Part shown: positions 28,381 to 38,600 of the stretch, one piece after another | How positions within the stretch are numbered: the first letter of the stretch is position 1 | Layout of the letters: every line of letters begins with the position of its first letter | Assembly: GCA_024693135.1 (NCBI GenBank) | Contig: JAILLN010000032.1 | Location: 732-64,731, forward strand | Origin: Lachnospiraceae bacterium | GTDB lineage: Bacteria > Bacillota > Clostridia > Lachnospirales > Lachnospiraceae | Reading direction: 5' to 3' | Length of the DNA stretch: 64,000 nucleotides | The notes under the pieces: model-generated | What the model saw: the letters and a program-made list of their open reading frames with translations, nothing else | The model's database searches: none | What the model was told of the DNA's origin: nothing | Made by a program: the position numbers and the translations under genes

Positions 28381-29465
28381 CCCTCAAGCTCCTTTAAGAG
28401 CCTTAAGGCAAAATCCCCCGCCGATTCCCCCGGATCCTGCCTGGCTGTCCGGATGTCCGGCCGGTAAGGACTCTCGGAGGCCTCTGCCGCTTCGGCGATG
28501 GTTTCCACAGCCATTCTGGCCGCAGAGCCCCGGAGGGATTCGCTAAGGAGCAGGAAGCAGTCCCCGCCCAGGGCAAATGCGGTGCTGCCTGCCGGCTTCA
28601 CCTCCATGAGCAGCTTTGACATATCCTCCCCATGCCCCTTTGCAGAGATCAGGATGCCGTTTTCTCCTGCATACTTCTTCCTGTCCCGGTATCTGCTGAG
28701 ATAATCCAGGAAATTCCGGTTATAAAGCCCTGTGGCCCGGTCCAGGAAGCGATCCCGGTTCCTGACTGCGCCATAGGTCAGGATGATGCCCATGGTCAGG
28801 AAAAATCCGGCATAAACCCGAAAGAGCAGCCCAAGCACGAAGGGAATGAGAAATGCTCCCAGCCTCAGAAACCCCGGCTCACGGCTTTCCTTCCCATGGG
28901 CGTAAGACAGATGAAAGGCCTTCAGGATGTACAGCAGCTCCACCAGAAGCTCCATGATCTGCATGAGGATAAGAGAGAGTTATACATTCTCGGTTATGTC
29001 TCCGGTCGAATAGATTATGATGCTCTGGATGAAGACCAGGGACATGACGGCTATAATCGGGATCGGCGCATACCGGTACCTTCGCCGGATATGATCCTCA
29101 CTCCGGTAAAGGCTGTAGTCCACAAAGACAACCCAAAGCAGCAGCGCCACCATGTAAAAAAACTCGATCAGGATCGATGCGACGATCACCACAAAACGCA
29201 CCCACGCCCCCTGGTAGAGGATGGACAGATCCCATACCAGGTCGGTCACCATCATGAGGATCACCAGCATGCACTCTCCAAACATGATCCGGTCTTCCGT
29301 CCTCTTCCTGCTCCTCAGGCTGGGATTCAAAAAGAGGAAAAGCAAAAGGACGATCAAGGATACCAGCTCCGATGCCGCCGTGCTCCAATACATGAACCGG
29401 TCTATGACCGGATCCCCTGTCTCGGAGAAGGTAAAGAAATCAAACAGGATCTCATTCATATCCAT
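28368..29465 (-). pseudogene. Polytopic membrane protein with degenerate GGDEF-like tail, split by an in-frame TAA at 28980
   Basis: ORFs 28980-29465 and 28368-28964 are in the same frame and the stop is followed directly by LSLILMQ; D.ATGLYNR and LGGDCF remnants. Confidence 0.65.
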
Positions 29466-30323
29466 ACTGCTTCTCCCCCTTCATCACTTGATCTCCTTTT
29501 TTGTCCGGAAACAGCTTTCGGATCAATGCTTCCGCCGCCTCGTTATGCCGCCTTAAGACCACCCGTTCCTCCCCTTTGCAGGATCCCGAGGCCGCCCGGA
29601 TGGAATGCCGGATCATATAAAGCAGATTGATATTGGCATCCGGCGGCATGGCAAAAAGCAGCTCCACGATGTACGTGCCGTCTGCGGCCTTATGGACAAG
29701 GAGAAAGCCGTTTACCTTGCCGTCGGTGATGATGCAGCTGGAAAGCTCCGGATCAAAATAACCGGTCTCCAGGGGGAAGTAAGGTCATCCAGGAGCCCGT
29801 ATCTGGCATGGAATACGCAGGACATGATCCCCACTTTAAACTCCCTGACGGTAATGGATGAAATGCTCTTGATATAATCCGGCACGGCCTTGTCTGTACG
29901 GCTTAACTTCAATTGGGAAAGCTCCTTTACGGTTACGCAGATATCCCGGCTCTCTCCTTTCTCAAGAGTGAAGCCCGCCTTAAGAAGACAGGCCTTTTCC
30001 ATGAGCTTCAGGTCTTCCTCTTTCAGCTCAAAGCAGGCCCGCTTGGCATTCTCTTCCTTCAGCTCCAGGCCGAATGCTTCCAGAAGGCCGTCCCCTCCCT
30101 CCAGGGAAGCCGTCTGAAACCAGCGGATCTCTGCCGATGTGGGTTCGGTTTCATCCTCCACACTCCGAAGCTCCCAGATGATCACGGCCTCCAGCTCTCC
30201 CGTGCTTTCCTTTTTCCCGCAAAGCCCCCGGAAATACTCCCGGCTCAGGTCATTTTGAAGCTCCTGGGGGATCATCTCTTGATATCGGGCCATGTTTTCT
30301 TCTGTGATCTTTTGGATGATCAT
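29452..30323 (-). pseudogene. Two-domain GNAT-like protein, frameshifted near 29782
   Basis: After LLDDL the natural continuation PYFPLETGYFDPELSSCII..VNGFLLV..VELLFA is in another frame, consistent with loss of one CCTT unit. Layout resembles 46850-47680. Confidence 0.6.
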
Positions 30324-30590
30324 GTTCTCATCTCTCGTGGTTTAGATAAAGGCTTTCCACGCCTTCGCGGCAAATAAAAATCCCCTATCATTATAGCTAG
30401 GGGAAATTTAATTGTCAAAAGGACGGGCCGTTTTAGACGGCATATCCATTACTGAGGACCAGTCTCTTTATTGCTGTCCTCATCGATCTGCTTTATGATT
30501 TCTTCCCGGGGATTATTCCCAGCATCTGTCCATATAGGGACATACGCATGTTTATTCAGAAGGGCAGCTGATCATGCCCTGGTCAGAAAG

Positions 30591-31310
30591 TTAGATTTTT
30601 GCCTCGATGACGGTCACCGTAACCGGCCTTACGATCACCACGGCCATGTAGCCCTCCTCCGGCATTTCCTCAAGACCCCGGCAGATCCTTTGCGTCTCCA
30701 TGCCGCAGTCACAGACGGTCTCCACAGCAAACGATTCGGCAGGCAGCAGGGCGAGCTCCTCCTTAAGCTTTGCCAACTTCTTCCCCGCCTTCATGAAGAC
30801 CTTGGTGCCGGGAAGTGCCAGCGCCTTTTGGTAGTCGGATTCTGAGGGGATGATATGAAGCTCCTCGTCCCCGGCACAGAGCGGGCTTAAAAGAAGGCCG
30901 GCCGCCTCCGTGAAGGACGTGATGCCGCTGACCATCCGTACCCCGATCCCCTGCTTTCGGGCTTCTCCGGCAAGGTAACCGAAGGTGGAATAGACAGACG
31001 GATCCCCGATGGTAAGAAAGGCAAGCTTCCTTCCATCCCCCAGGGCTTCCGCGATCTCTCCGCAGATCCGCTTTAGTCCCGCCGTCCTTTCCGCTTCATT
31101 TCTCGTCATGGGAAAATCCAGGCAGAGGCAGGGCTTATCCCCGATCTCCGGCAGGGCTTCCCTCGCGATCCGGTAAGCACGGCATTCCTCCCTGGATGAA
31201 GCCGGGATCAGGAGCTCATCACATTCCCGGATGATGCGGGAAGCCTTCAGCGTCATAAGTTCCGGATCCCCCGGCCCGACTCCCACCCCATAAAGCATTC
31301 CCTTTTCCAT
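30591..31310 (-). CDS. cobI: Precorrin-2/cobalt-factor II C20-methyltransferase
   Basis: LYGVGVGPGDPELMTLKA, FPMT, FLTIGDPSVYSTF, SGITSF, VFMK. Confidence 0.9.
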   Translation of the reverse strand: MEKGMLYGVGVGPGDPELMTLKASRIIRECDELLIPASSREECRAYRIAREALPEIGDKPCLCLDFPMTRNEAERTAGLKRICGEIAEALGDGRKLAFLTIGDPSVYSTFGYLAGEARKQGIGVRMVSGITSFTEAAGLLLSPLCAGDEELHIIPSESDYQKALALPGTKVFMKAGKKLAKLKEELALLPAESFAVETVCDCGMETQRICRGLEEMPEEGYMAVVIVRPVTVTVIEAKI

Positions 31311-31346
31311 GTCCCTTCCCTTTTCTTCTTCCATCACGATCCCGCC

Positions 31347-32759
31347 TTAACGAAGCTTCGCATAGACCTTCTTTCTTACCAGGAAGTAGGCCGTCAGCAT
31401 CACGATCCCGGTAAAGATCCAGGATGCGGGATATACATCCATCAGCACCGCAAAGGTATGATATTTCCGCACCACCGTAAAGACCCAGAACATCCGGAAG
31501 GCGCAGGTGCCGAAGATGGAAATGAGGGCCGGCACCAGGGAGCGGTTGAGGCCCCTCATCGCCCCGCCGCTGACCTCATAGCTTGTGATCAGGAAATGGG
31601 TCGCTCCGGGATGCAGGATCCGGATCAGGGCAAACCGGAGGACCTCCTCATCCGTAGTGAAAAGATGCATGAAGGGAACCCGGAAGATCAGGTAGACTGC
31701 GATCCAGCAGAGATCCACGCCGATCCCCATAAGCATGGAAAGCCGGAATACCCTGTCGCAGCGCTTCCAGTCCCCGGCTCCGTAATTCTGGCTGGTGAAG
31801 GTGACCGTGGCCTGGGCAAAAGCATTTACCACGCAATAAGACATGAACTCCAGGTTCTGCGCCGCCGTAGAGCCTGCGATGGCATTCGCCCCGAAGCTGT
31901 TGATGGTGCTTTGAATCACTACATTGGAAAGCGAAAAGACCATGCCCTGAAGCCCTGCGGGCAGGCCGATTTTGATCATTCCCTTAAGATAGGCCGGCTT
32001 GATGGAAAGCTCCCGGAGGGAAAGCCGGAATTCACCCTCCTCATGCATGAGGAAATACAGGATCAGGCCGGCACCGATGATATTGGAGACCACGGTGGCG
32101 ACGGCCACGCCGATCACATGGAGATGAAATACGATAACCAGGAGCAGGTTCAGGAACACATTGATGATCCCGGAAAGAAACAGGCTGATCAGCGGCTTCC
32201 TGCTGTCCCCCTTGCTCCTTAAGATAGCAGAGCCGAAATTGTAAAGCATGATGAAGGGTCCTGCCGTGCAGTAGATCCGAAGGTAAAGCAGGGCCAGGCG
32301 CATGATCTCCTTCGGCGCTCCCATGAGGGTCAGGACCGGCTCCGCCACAGTGATCCCCACCACAGTCGAGATGATCCCCGTGATCAGAGAGACCGAGATC
32401 ACGGTATGCACTGCGTCATGGATCTTATCGCGTCTTCCCGCCCCGATGAGATTAGCGATGACCACATTGGCTCCCACTGAAAGCCCCACAAAGAAATTTA
32501 CCAGCAGGTTGATCACGGAGGCATTGCTTCCCACTGCCGCCATGGCCTTCGGGTCGGCAAAGCGCCCCACCACGGCAATGTCTGCCGCATTGAAGAGCTG
32601 CTGCAGGACGCTGGTGGTAAGCAGGGGCAGCGCAAAAAGCAGGATCTTGCCGGCTAGAGGACCATGGGTCATATCCAGCTCGTTCCTGCCCTTTACCGTA
32701 AGGCGGTTTGATTCCCGCCGGGTTGTCTTATTCTCTTCCTGAGATCTGGACGTGGCCAT
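31347..32759 (-). CDS. MATE family efflux transporter
   Basis: DMTHGP..KILLFALP..QQLFNAAD, GDSRKPL, ~12 TM helices. Confidence 0.93.
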   Translation of the reverse strand: MATSRSQEENKTTRRESNRLTVKGRNELDMTHGPLAGKILLFALPLLTTSVLQQLFNAADIAVVGRFADPKAMAAVGSNASVINLLVNFFVGLSVGANVVIANLIGAGRRDKIHDAVHTVISVSLITGIISTVVGITVAEPVLTLMGAPKEIMRLALLYLRIYCTAGPFIMLYNFGSAILRSKGDSRKPLISLFLSGIINVFLNLLLVIVFHLHVIGVAVATVVSNIIGAGLILYFLMHEEGEFRLSLRELSIKPAYLKGMIKIGLPAGLQGMVFSLSNVVIQSTINSFGANAIAGSTAAQNLEFMSYCVVNAFAQATVTFTSQNYGAGDWKRCDRVFRLSMLMGIGVDLCWIAVYLIFRVPFMHLFTTDEEVLRFALIRILHPGATHFLITSYEVSGGAMRGLNRSLVPALISIFGTCAFRMFWVFTVVRKYHTFAVLMDVYPASWIFTGIVMLTAYFLVRKKVYAKLR

Positions 32760-32816
32760 ATCCCCCTTTCTCCCGTTATCAGGGATCCTGCCTTATATGA
32801 AGGCGGGACCTTTCTT

Positions 32817-34253
32817 TCAGCTGTAATATGCGTCGAAAACCCTCTTGGCCACAGGGACCGCATAGTCGCTTCCGCTTCCGGCGCCCTCGATCAGCACCGT
32901 CACCGTAAGCTCCGGATCCTCTACGTTGGAAAACCCGGTGAACCAGGCATGGCTCTTTCCCTTCTCCGTGCCGAATTCCGCCGAGCCGGTCTTGCCCGCC
33001 ACCGTATAGGGCAGCCCCTTCAGCTTCCTTCCGGTGCCGGTATTTACTACCTCCTCCATGAAGGCGGTAAGCTCTATTGCCTCTTCCTGGCTCATGATGC
33101 GCCTGTACTCCTCGGGAGGATACTCCTTGACCACGGTGCCCTTGTAGCTTTGTATCCGGTCGATCTCCGTCGCCTTCATCATGACCCCGCCGTTTGCGAT
33201 GGCCGAAGTGATGAGCGCCATATGCATGGGAGTCACCAGCGTCTTTCCCTGCCCCATGGCGGTCTGCATCCGCTCAAAGCTCTCCGACTGGGAATTCAGG
33301 GAAAACCTGGATCGGGAATAGCTCAGGTCTATGGGAAGCTTCCGGTCAAAGAGAAGCTCAGCCGCGGTATCTTCAAAATCCGGGACGCTTAAGGCAAGAC
33401 CCATGCTGGCAAAGGAACAGTTGCAGGATTTGGCAAAGGCCTGCGTCAGGTCAATGCTTCCATGCACCGAGCCATGGTAGCACTCGATGGTATTCTCTCC
33501 CTCCCGGATCCGGCCGCTGCAGGTATAACGGTAGTCCCCGTAATCGCCCGGATGCTCCCTCAGGTACTCTAAAAGCGTAGCGATCTTGAAGGTGGATCCC
33601 GGGGGATACAGGCCCTGGGCAGCGCGGTTGACCAAAGGAGAATTTTCCTCGTCCGAGGAGATCTCATCCCAGTTTTCCACGATGAAATTGGGGTCAAAGT
33701 CCGGCTTGGAAACCATGGCAAGCACCCTTCCGGTCTTTGGCTCCATGGCGACCACGGCTCCCCGGTAATTTCCCAGGGCTTCAAAGGCGGCCTTCTGCAG
33801 CCCGATGTCCAGGGAAGTGACCGCCGTGTCCCCGTAATTGCGAAGCCCGGACATTTCCTTCGAAAGCTTCTCATCCATGGGCGCATTGGAGGTCAGAAGC
33901 CTCACATTGGACGCATACTCGATGCCCTGGGCTCCGTTGTCCGCAAAGCCCACCACATGGGCAAAAAGCCTCCCGTAGGGATAATTGCGGACCTCCCTGT
34001 CCTCCTGATCCAGGGCCTGCCTTGCAAGCACCGTGCCGTCGGCTGCCAGGATCTCCCCGCGGATCACCTGCCGGGCCATGTCCTTCTGCCTCATATTGTA
34101 GCTGTTGTTGATGGTCTGGGGTGCGCTGAAGGCCACATAGGCGAGAAAATTCACGGTCATTCCAAGGAAGAGCAGAAGGAAGAAATAAACGATGACCCTG
34201 TGCTCCCGGCCGGAATGCTTCCTCGGCTTCTCCGGCCCCCTTTGTCCCGTCAT
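32817..34253 (-). CDS. Class B penicillin-binding protein (PbpA-like transpeptidase)
   Basis: PGSTFK (SxxK), SCN (SxN), KTGSAE; N-terminal TM. Confidence 0.92.
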   Translation of the reverse strand: MTGQRGPEKPRKHSGREHRVIVYFFLLLFLGMTVNFLAYVAFSAPQTINNSYNMRQKDMARQVIRGEILAADGTVLARQALDQEDREVRNYPYGRLFAHVVGFADNGAQGIEYASNVRLLTSNAPMDEKLSKEMSGLRNYGDTAVTSLDIGLQKAAFEALGNYRGAVVAMEPKTGRVLAMVSKPDFDPNFIVENWDEISSDEENSPLVNRAAQGLYPPGSTFKIATLLEYLREHPGDYGDYRYTCSGRIREGENTIECYHGSVHGSIDLTQAFAKSCNCSFASMGLALSVPDFEDTAAELLFDRKLPIDLSYSRSRFSLNSQSESFERMQTAMGQGKTLVTPMHMALITSAIANGGVMMKATEIDRIQSYKGTVVKEYPPEEYRRIMSQEEAIELTAFMEEVVNTGTGRKLKGLPYTVAGKTGSAEFGTEKGKSHAWFTGFSNVEDPELTVTVLIEGAGSGSDYAVPVAKRVFDAYYS

Positions 34254-35026
34254 GCCCGGTCTTTCTCAATAAGGAGCTTCAGGGCTTCCACCGCTACCCG
34301 GATCGCCGCATCCGTATCGTGGGCCTGCGGATTGGAAAGGCCTTTCTTTGCCCTCTCCTGATTGGCTACGGTGAGCAGCACCGTACCTACCCTGACCCGG
34401 AGGCTGCTTCCCACAATGAAAAGCGCCGCGGACTCCATCTCCGAGCCCAGTGCTCCCAGGCTCACCCAGGCATCCCACTTGTTCAAGAGCTCATAGCCTA
34501 CCGGCTTCTTTTCGGGCTCATGCTGGCCATAGAAGGAATCCTTGCATTGTACCACGCCGATATGATGCCGGATGCCAAGGGTTTCGGCAGACTGCTTCAG
34601 GGCAGAGGTGACCTCGAAATCCGCTACCGCCGGAAACTCCATGGGAGCGTACTCCCGTCCCGTCCCCTCCATCCGGATGGCGCCGGTGGCCACGATCAGG
34701 TCTCCTCCCAGGATCTCCTCCTGCATGCCCCCGCAGGTGCCTACCCGTACAAAGGTATCTGCCCCGCACCGCACCAGCTCCTCCATGGCGATGGAAGCCG
34801 AAGGCCCGCCGATGCCGGTGGAGGTAACACTGACCTTTTCTCCGTTCAGGGTGCCGGTATAGGTATTGAATTCCCTGTTGCAGGCTACCTGCTTCGGATC
34901 CGTGAAATACTGTGCGATCTTTTCCGAGCGCCCCGGATCCCCCGGCAGGATCACATATCTCCCCACTTCCCCCGGCTTCACCTGGATATGATACTGGTAA
35001 CCTGCTCCTTCTGTATAATCCACCAT
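34250..35026 (-). CDS. udp: Uridine phosphorylase
   Basis: [38 protein letters not shown]; AAGGAGG RBS before 35026. Confidence 0.93.
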   Translation of the reverse strand: MVDYTEGAGYQYHIQVKPGEVGRYVILPGDPGRSEKIAQYFTDPKQVACNREFNTYTGTLNGEKVSVTSTGIGGPSASIAMEELVRCGADTFVRVGTCGGMQEEILGGDLIVATGAIRMEGTGREYAPMEFPAVADFEVTSALKQSAETLGIRHHIGVVQCKDSFYGQHEPEKKPVGYELLNKWDAWVSLGALGSEMESAALFIVGSSLRVRVGTVLLTVANQERAKKGLSNPQAHDTDAAIRVAVEALKLLIEKDRA

Positions 35027-35105
35027 AAAAAAGCCTCCTTCCAGATGGGAAAACCATCCTGATACAAAATAACGTATCATGATTTCGGAGTCTTTTCAAC
35101 ACAAC

Positions 35106-35140
35106 AAAAAGTCGATCAGGAAGCCGTCTTTCTGATCGAC
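35106..35140 (-). terminator. Intrinsic terminator-like hairpin upstream of udp
   Basis: GTCGATCAG..CTGATCGAC stem followed by TTTTTG on the - strand. Confidence 0.6.
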
Positions 35141-35372
35141 GAAGCGTAAGCCGCCTGCGGGCCTTATCGTTTCCTAAGGAGCCTCTTACCGCGAACACGC
35201 GGAGATTGCCGCCTGCGTAGACTTGCAAGATCAGCCGTCATGCGAGACAACACGTTTTTAAGTTGGCTCGCATGGCTGAGATTGCATAGTCGAAGCCGGC
35301 GGGAAGCTCCGCATTAAGTGAGCGGTGAGGCGACGTGGAAATGCAAGGCATGCCGGCGGCGCATTTTAGTCG
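35137..35372 (+). ncRNA. Long imperfect rod-like hairpin element (structured RNA or ssDNA repeat element)
   Basis: More than ten nested complementary blocks symmetric about ~35256; G-U pairs and a GUA/GAA loop favour the + strand. Confidence 0.55.
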
Positions 35373-35538
35373 AAATGCAAGGCCAGCCGGCGGCGCATTT
35401 TTGTCGAAATGCAAGGCCAGCCGGCGGCGCATTTTAGTCGAAATGCAAGGCATGCCGGCGGCGCATTTTAGTCGAAATGCAAGGCCCGCCGGCGGCACAT
35501 TTTAGTCGAAATGCAAGGCCCGCCGGCGGCGCATCTTT
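35338..35538. repeat. Six-copy 34-bp tandem repeat GAAATGCAAGGCnnGCCGGCGGCGCATTTTAGTC
   Basis: Units start at 35338, 35372, 35406, 35440, 35474 and 35508; no spacers. Confidence 0.95.
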
Positions 35539-35545
35539 GCCGGAT

Positions 35546-35586
35546 AAAAGAACCGTCCCCCTGTCTGATGGCAGAAGGACGGTTCT
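35546..35586 (-). terminator. Intrinsic terminator of the 2478-aa gene
   Basis: AGAACCGTCC...GGACGGTTCT stem followed by TTT on the - strand. Confidence 0.7.
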
Positions 35587-35602
35587 GTGTTGCGCTATGA
35601 TT

Positions 35603-38600
35603 CTATTTTACCGTGATGACAATGCTCTGCTTCATCGATCCCACAGAAGCCTCCACCGTGGCTTTGCCCTTCTTCAGGGCAGTGACCATGCCGTTCTTTA
35701 CCTTGACGGCATTGCCATCCACCCTCCATTTGGCATTCCGGACCACGTAGGTATCGCCATCCCGGTCCGTGGCCACCAGGGTGATCAGCGTCCTGTCTCC
35801 CTGCCGGACAGCTGTCCTCGCAAAGAGCTTCAGCTCCACCGGCTTGTCGTAGATGCGGATCACATGCTGCCCCTGGGCGCCGTATCCGTCAAGAGCCTCA
35901 GCCGTGACCAGGATCGTGCCCTTTCCTTTGGTCTTCAGCCTTCCCTTCTGGTCGATCTCGGCCACCTGGTCTGCAGGAACCGGATCCCCGAAGGAATCCA
36001 GAACCTCTTCGATCCTCCAGGACACCTGCTTCTCCACCTGCTTTGCAGGCGACAGGGATGCCTTGAGCATCACAGTCTCGCCCGTCATCAGCTCCCCGGG
36101 ACCCGTGATCTGGACCTCTTCCACCGGCACCAGGACCTTCACCTTAAACTTCACCTTTTTGCCTCCAAAGACCGCCGTCACATTGCTGCTTCCGTACTTC
36201 ATGCCCGTAAGGTTCGTCCCAAAGGCCTGAAGGATCTTTTTGTTGGAGGACTGCAGGTACAGCTGGGGATCACGGATGGTTTCCCCATTTTCCGTCTGTG
36301 CCACAGATTCCACGCTCAGCACGTCCCCGATGGCAAGCCTTTCCAAGGCATTTGCGCTGAGGGCCAGGCTCTTTATGGGATCCGTCACCTGCAGCACTAA
36401 GGAGCGGTTCCTGACCCCGGATCCGTCGGCAGCCGAAGCCTCCAGGCGGATGGTACATTTCTTCGATGCCGTGATCTTCGGCTTCCTGCCGTTTGTGACC
36501 TTAGCATAGTCCGCGTATTCAGCCGGCGGCACGACCTTCCCGTCAGGGGTCTCCATCCGGATGATATTAAAGCTCACTGTCTTGACGGTAGCATTCTTCG
36601 GCAGCACCTCTGTCTTAAGCTCCGTCTCCTTATTTACCGTGATCTGATGGTCACAGGCCATATCCACGCTCTGCACGGGCCTCAGCACCCTCACTTTGAT
36701 GGAGGCCGTCTTCTTTCCATATACCGCCTTAATGGTCACCGTGCCGGGCTTGATCCCCGTGACCACGCCGCCGGCTTCAACCGTGGCGACGTTTCGGTTG
36801 GAGGTGCTGAAGGTCACGTAAGGCTTTACGTCTTCATCATCCGCTCCGGTAGCGGTATAGGCCAGGTTTGCGGTCCCGCCGGACAGGATATCCATCTGTC
36901 CTGCTTCAAAAGCCAGCTCCTTTGCCCTCGGCGTGAGAATGACCTCGGTATCCCCGTAGGTATAGGTATATTTTTTGCTTTTATACTTCGACCCGATATA
37001 GACCCTGCCCACATTCTTTGCGGTAAGAGTCTTCCCCTTCACCGAGGCGATCTCGGCAGGATCGATGTCATTTCCGCTGACATCGGTGGCGCGGACGATC
37101 CCGATCCCCACGATCTTATATCCCTTTGCGGAGATCTTATAGGCGGCGCTGCTGCCTGCCGCCACATATTTCTGTCCCGTAGGCGCATTGATCACCCGTC
37201 CTGAGGTACTGATCTTCTTTACCTTCACGGTACACTTTGCCGACTTGCCCCCATAGGAAGCCGTGATGGTGGCGGTCCCGGCTTTGCGCAGGGTCACATA
37301 GCCGTTATCCGCGACGCTTGCCACCTTGGAATTGCTGCTGCTGAAGGCTGCGGCACTGGAGGTAATGGTTCCCCCGTCCACATCCTTGATCGTCGCATAA
37401 AGTGTGGTTGTGTTGCCCACATTGCCGGTATATTTCTTGGTTCCCAGGGTGAGGCTCTTTACCTTCTTCGTGATCTCCACATTCCTGGAATCATATGCCC
37501 CATAGCCGTCATTTGCGCTGACCCTTAAAGTCACGCTTCCCCCGGCCTCTTTAAGATCCAGGGTGCTTCCCTTAAGTGTGGCGGCTTTTTCCGGATAGGC
37601 ATAGTCGATCCCCCAGCCCACCCCGCTGTCGGTGGGCTTATATTTCCCGACGCCCGACAATGCGGCCTTCAGGGCGATCCTTGTTCCCTCGGGGTAATAT
37701 GTCCGGTTCGGCGCCTTTATGGAGATCGCCGTCACCGGCACGATGACCCGGGCTTCCACCTCCTGCTCCAGGCTTCCGATCTTTGCTTTCAATACAAACT
37801 TTCCGGGCTTCATGGCATGCACCACCCCGTCCGTATCCACATAGGCCGTTTTGGGCGACGAGGTGGAATAGGCCACATCCGGATCCGCGATCAAGGTTCC
37901 GTCCGTAGAATAGCACTCCACGCCCACCGTAGCTTCTGACCCCAGCCTGACGATGAGCTTTCCGTCCTTCATGGCATCCGAGGATACCGTGAAGGAATCC
38001 ACGGCATAGACATGAATATTGACATGCTGCACGCCAAAGCCCAGGCCTTCTGCTGGAGTATAGGTTAAGGACACATTACCCGGCGTAAGGGCCGTCACCT
38101 TCTGGGTGGTAAGTTCTCCATTCTTCCTTGTTTCGAGCTTCACCACCTCTTCGCCTTCATTTCCGGAAATGCTCCAGGTCCCGTCATAGACCGGCGTGAT
38201 CAGCAGGGCCTCTCCCACGCAGAGAGAGCGGTTCAGATTCTTTTCCTTAAAGGCATTGGGCTCAAAGATGGCGGAAATGACCGTATTCTCATCACCTACC
38301 GTAAAGCGGGTATTGGGATTGAAGATATCCTCAAATACGCCGTCCCCGTCGGCAACCCATTCCTTGAAGTCATATCCCTTCAGGGCTCTGGCCCGGACCT
38401 GCAGGCTCACGCCCGGGGCATACAGATCATCCGCAAAGCCGGAGAGCTTTCCTCCCACAGGCTGTGAGATCTCCACAAAATATTTCTCGTCATTGGACCA
38501 GAGGTTTCGGATATACTCATACCAGATATTGTTCTCGTCGTAATACTCTTCCTCCCCGCTGGAAACCACAAAATACAGATCCTCTACGGACCGGCTGGCA

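Noticed and set aside
5755-28982. Stop-codon reassignment or programmed readthrough explaining in-frame stops
   Set aside because: The interrupting stops are TAA, which is used as a normal stop throughout. Frameshifts co-occur, which fits mutation or assembly error.
30376-30412. Cobalamin riboswitch or ncRNA near cobI
   Set aside because: Only a short CCCCTA/TAGGGG inverted repeat, downstream of cobI, with no B12-box consensus.
35238-35498. 86-aa repetitive ORF over the hairpin and tandem array
   Set aside because: Translation artefact of the 34-bp repeat, whose period is not a multiple of 3; no RBS seen.
35338-35538. CRISPR array (34-bp palindromic repeats)
   Set aside because: Units abut with no unique spacers, and there are no cas genes in the window.
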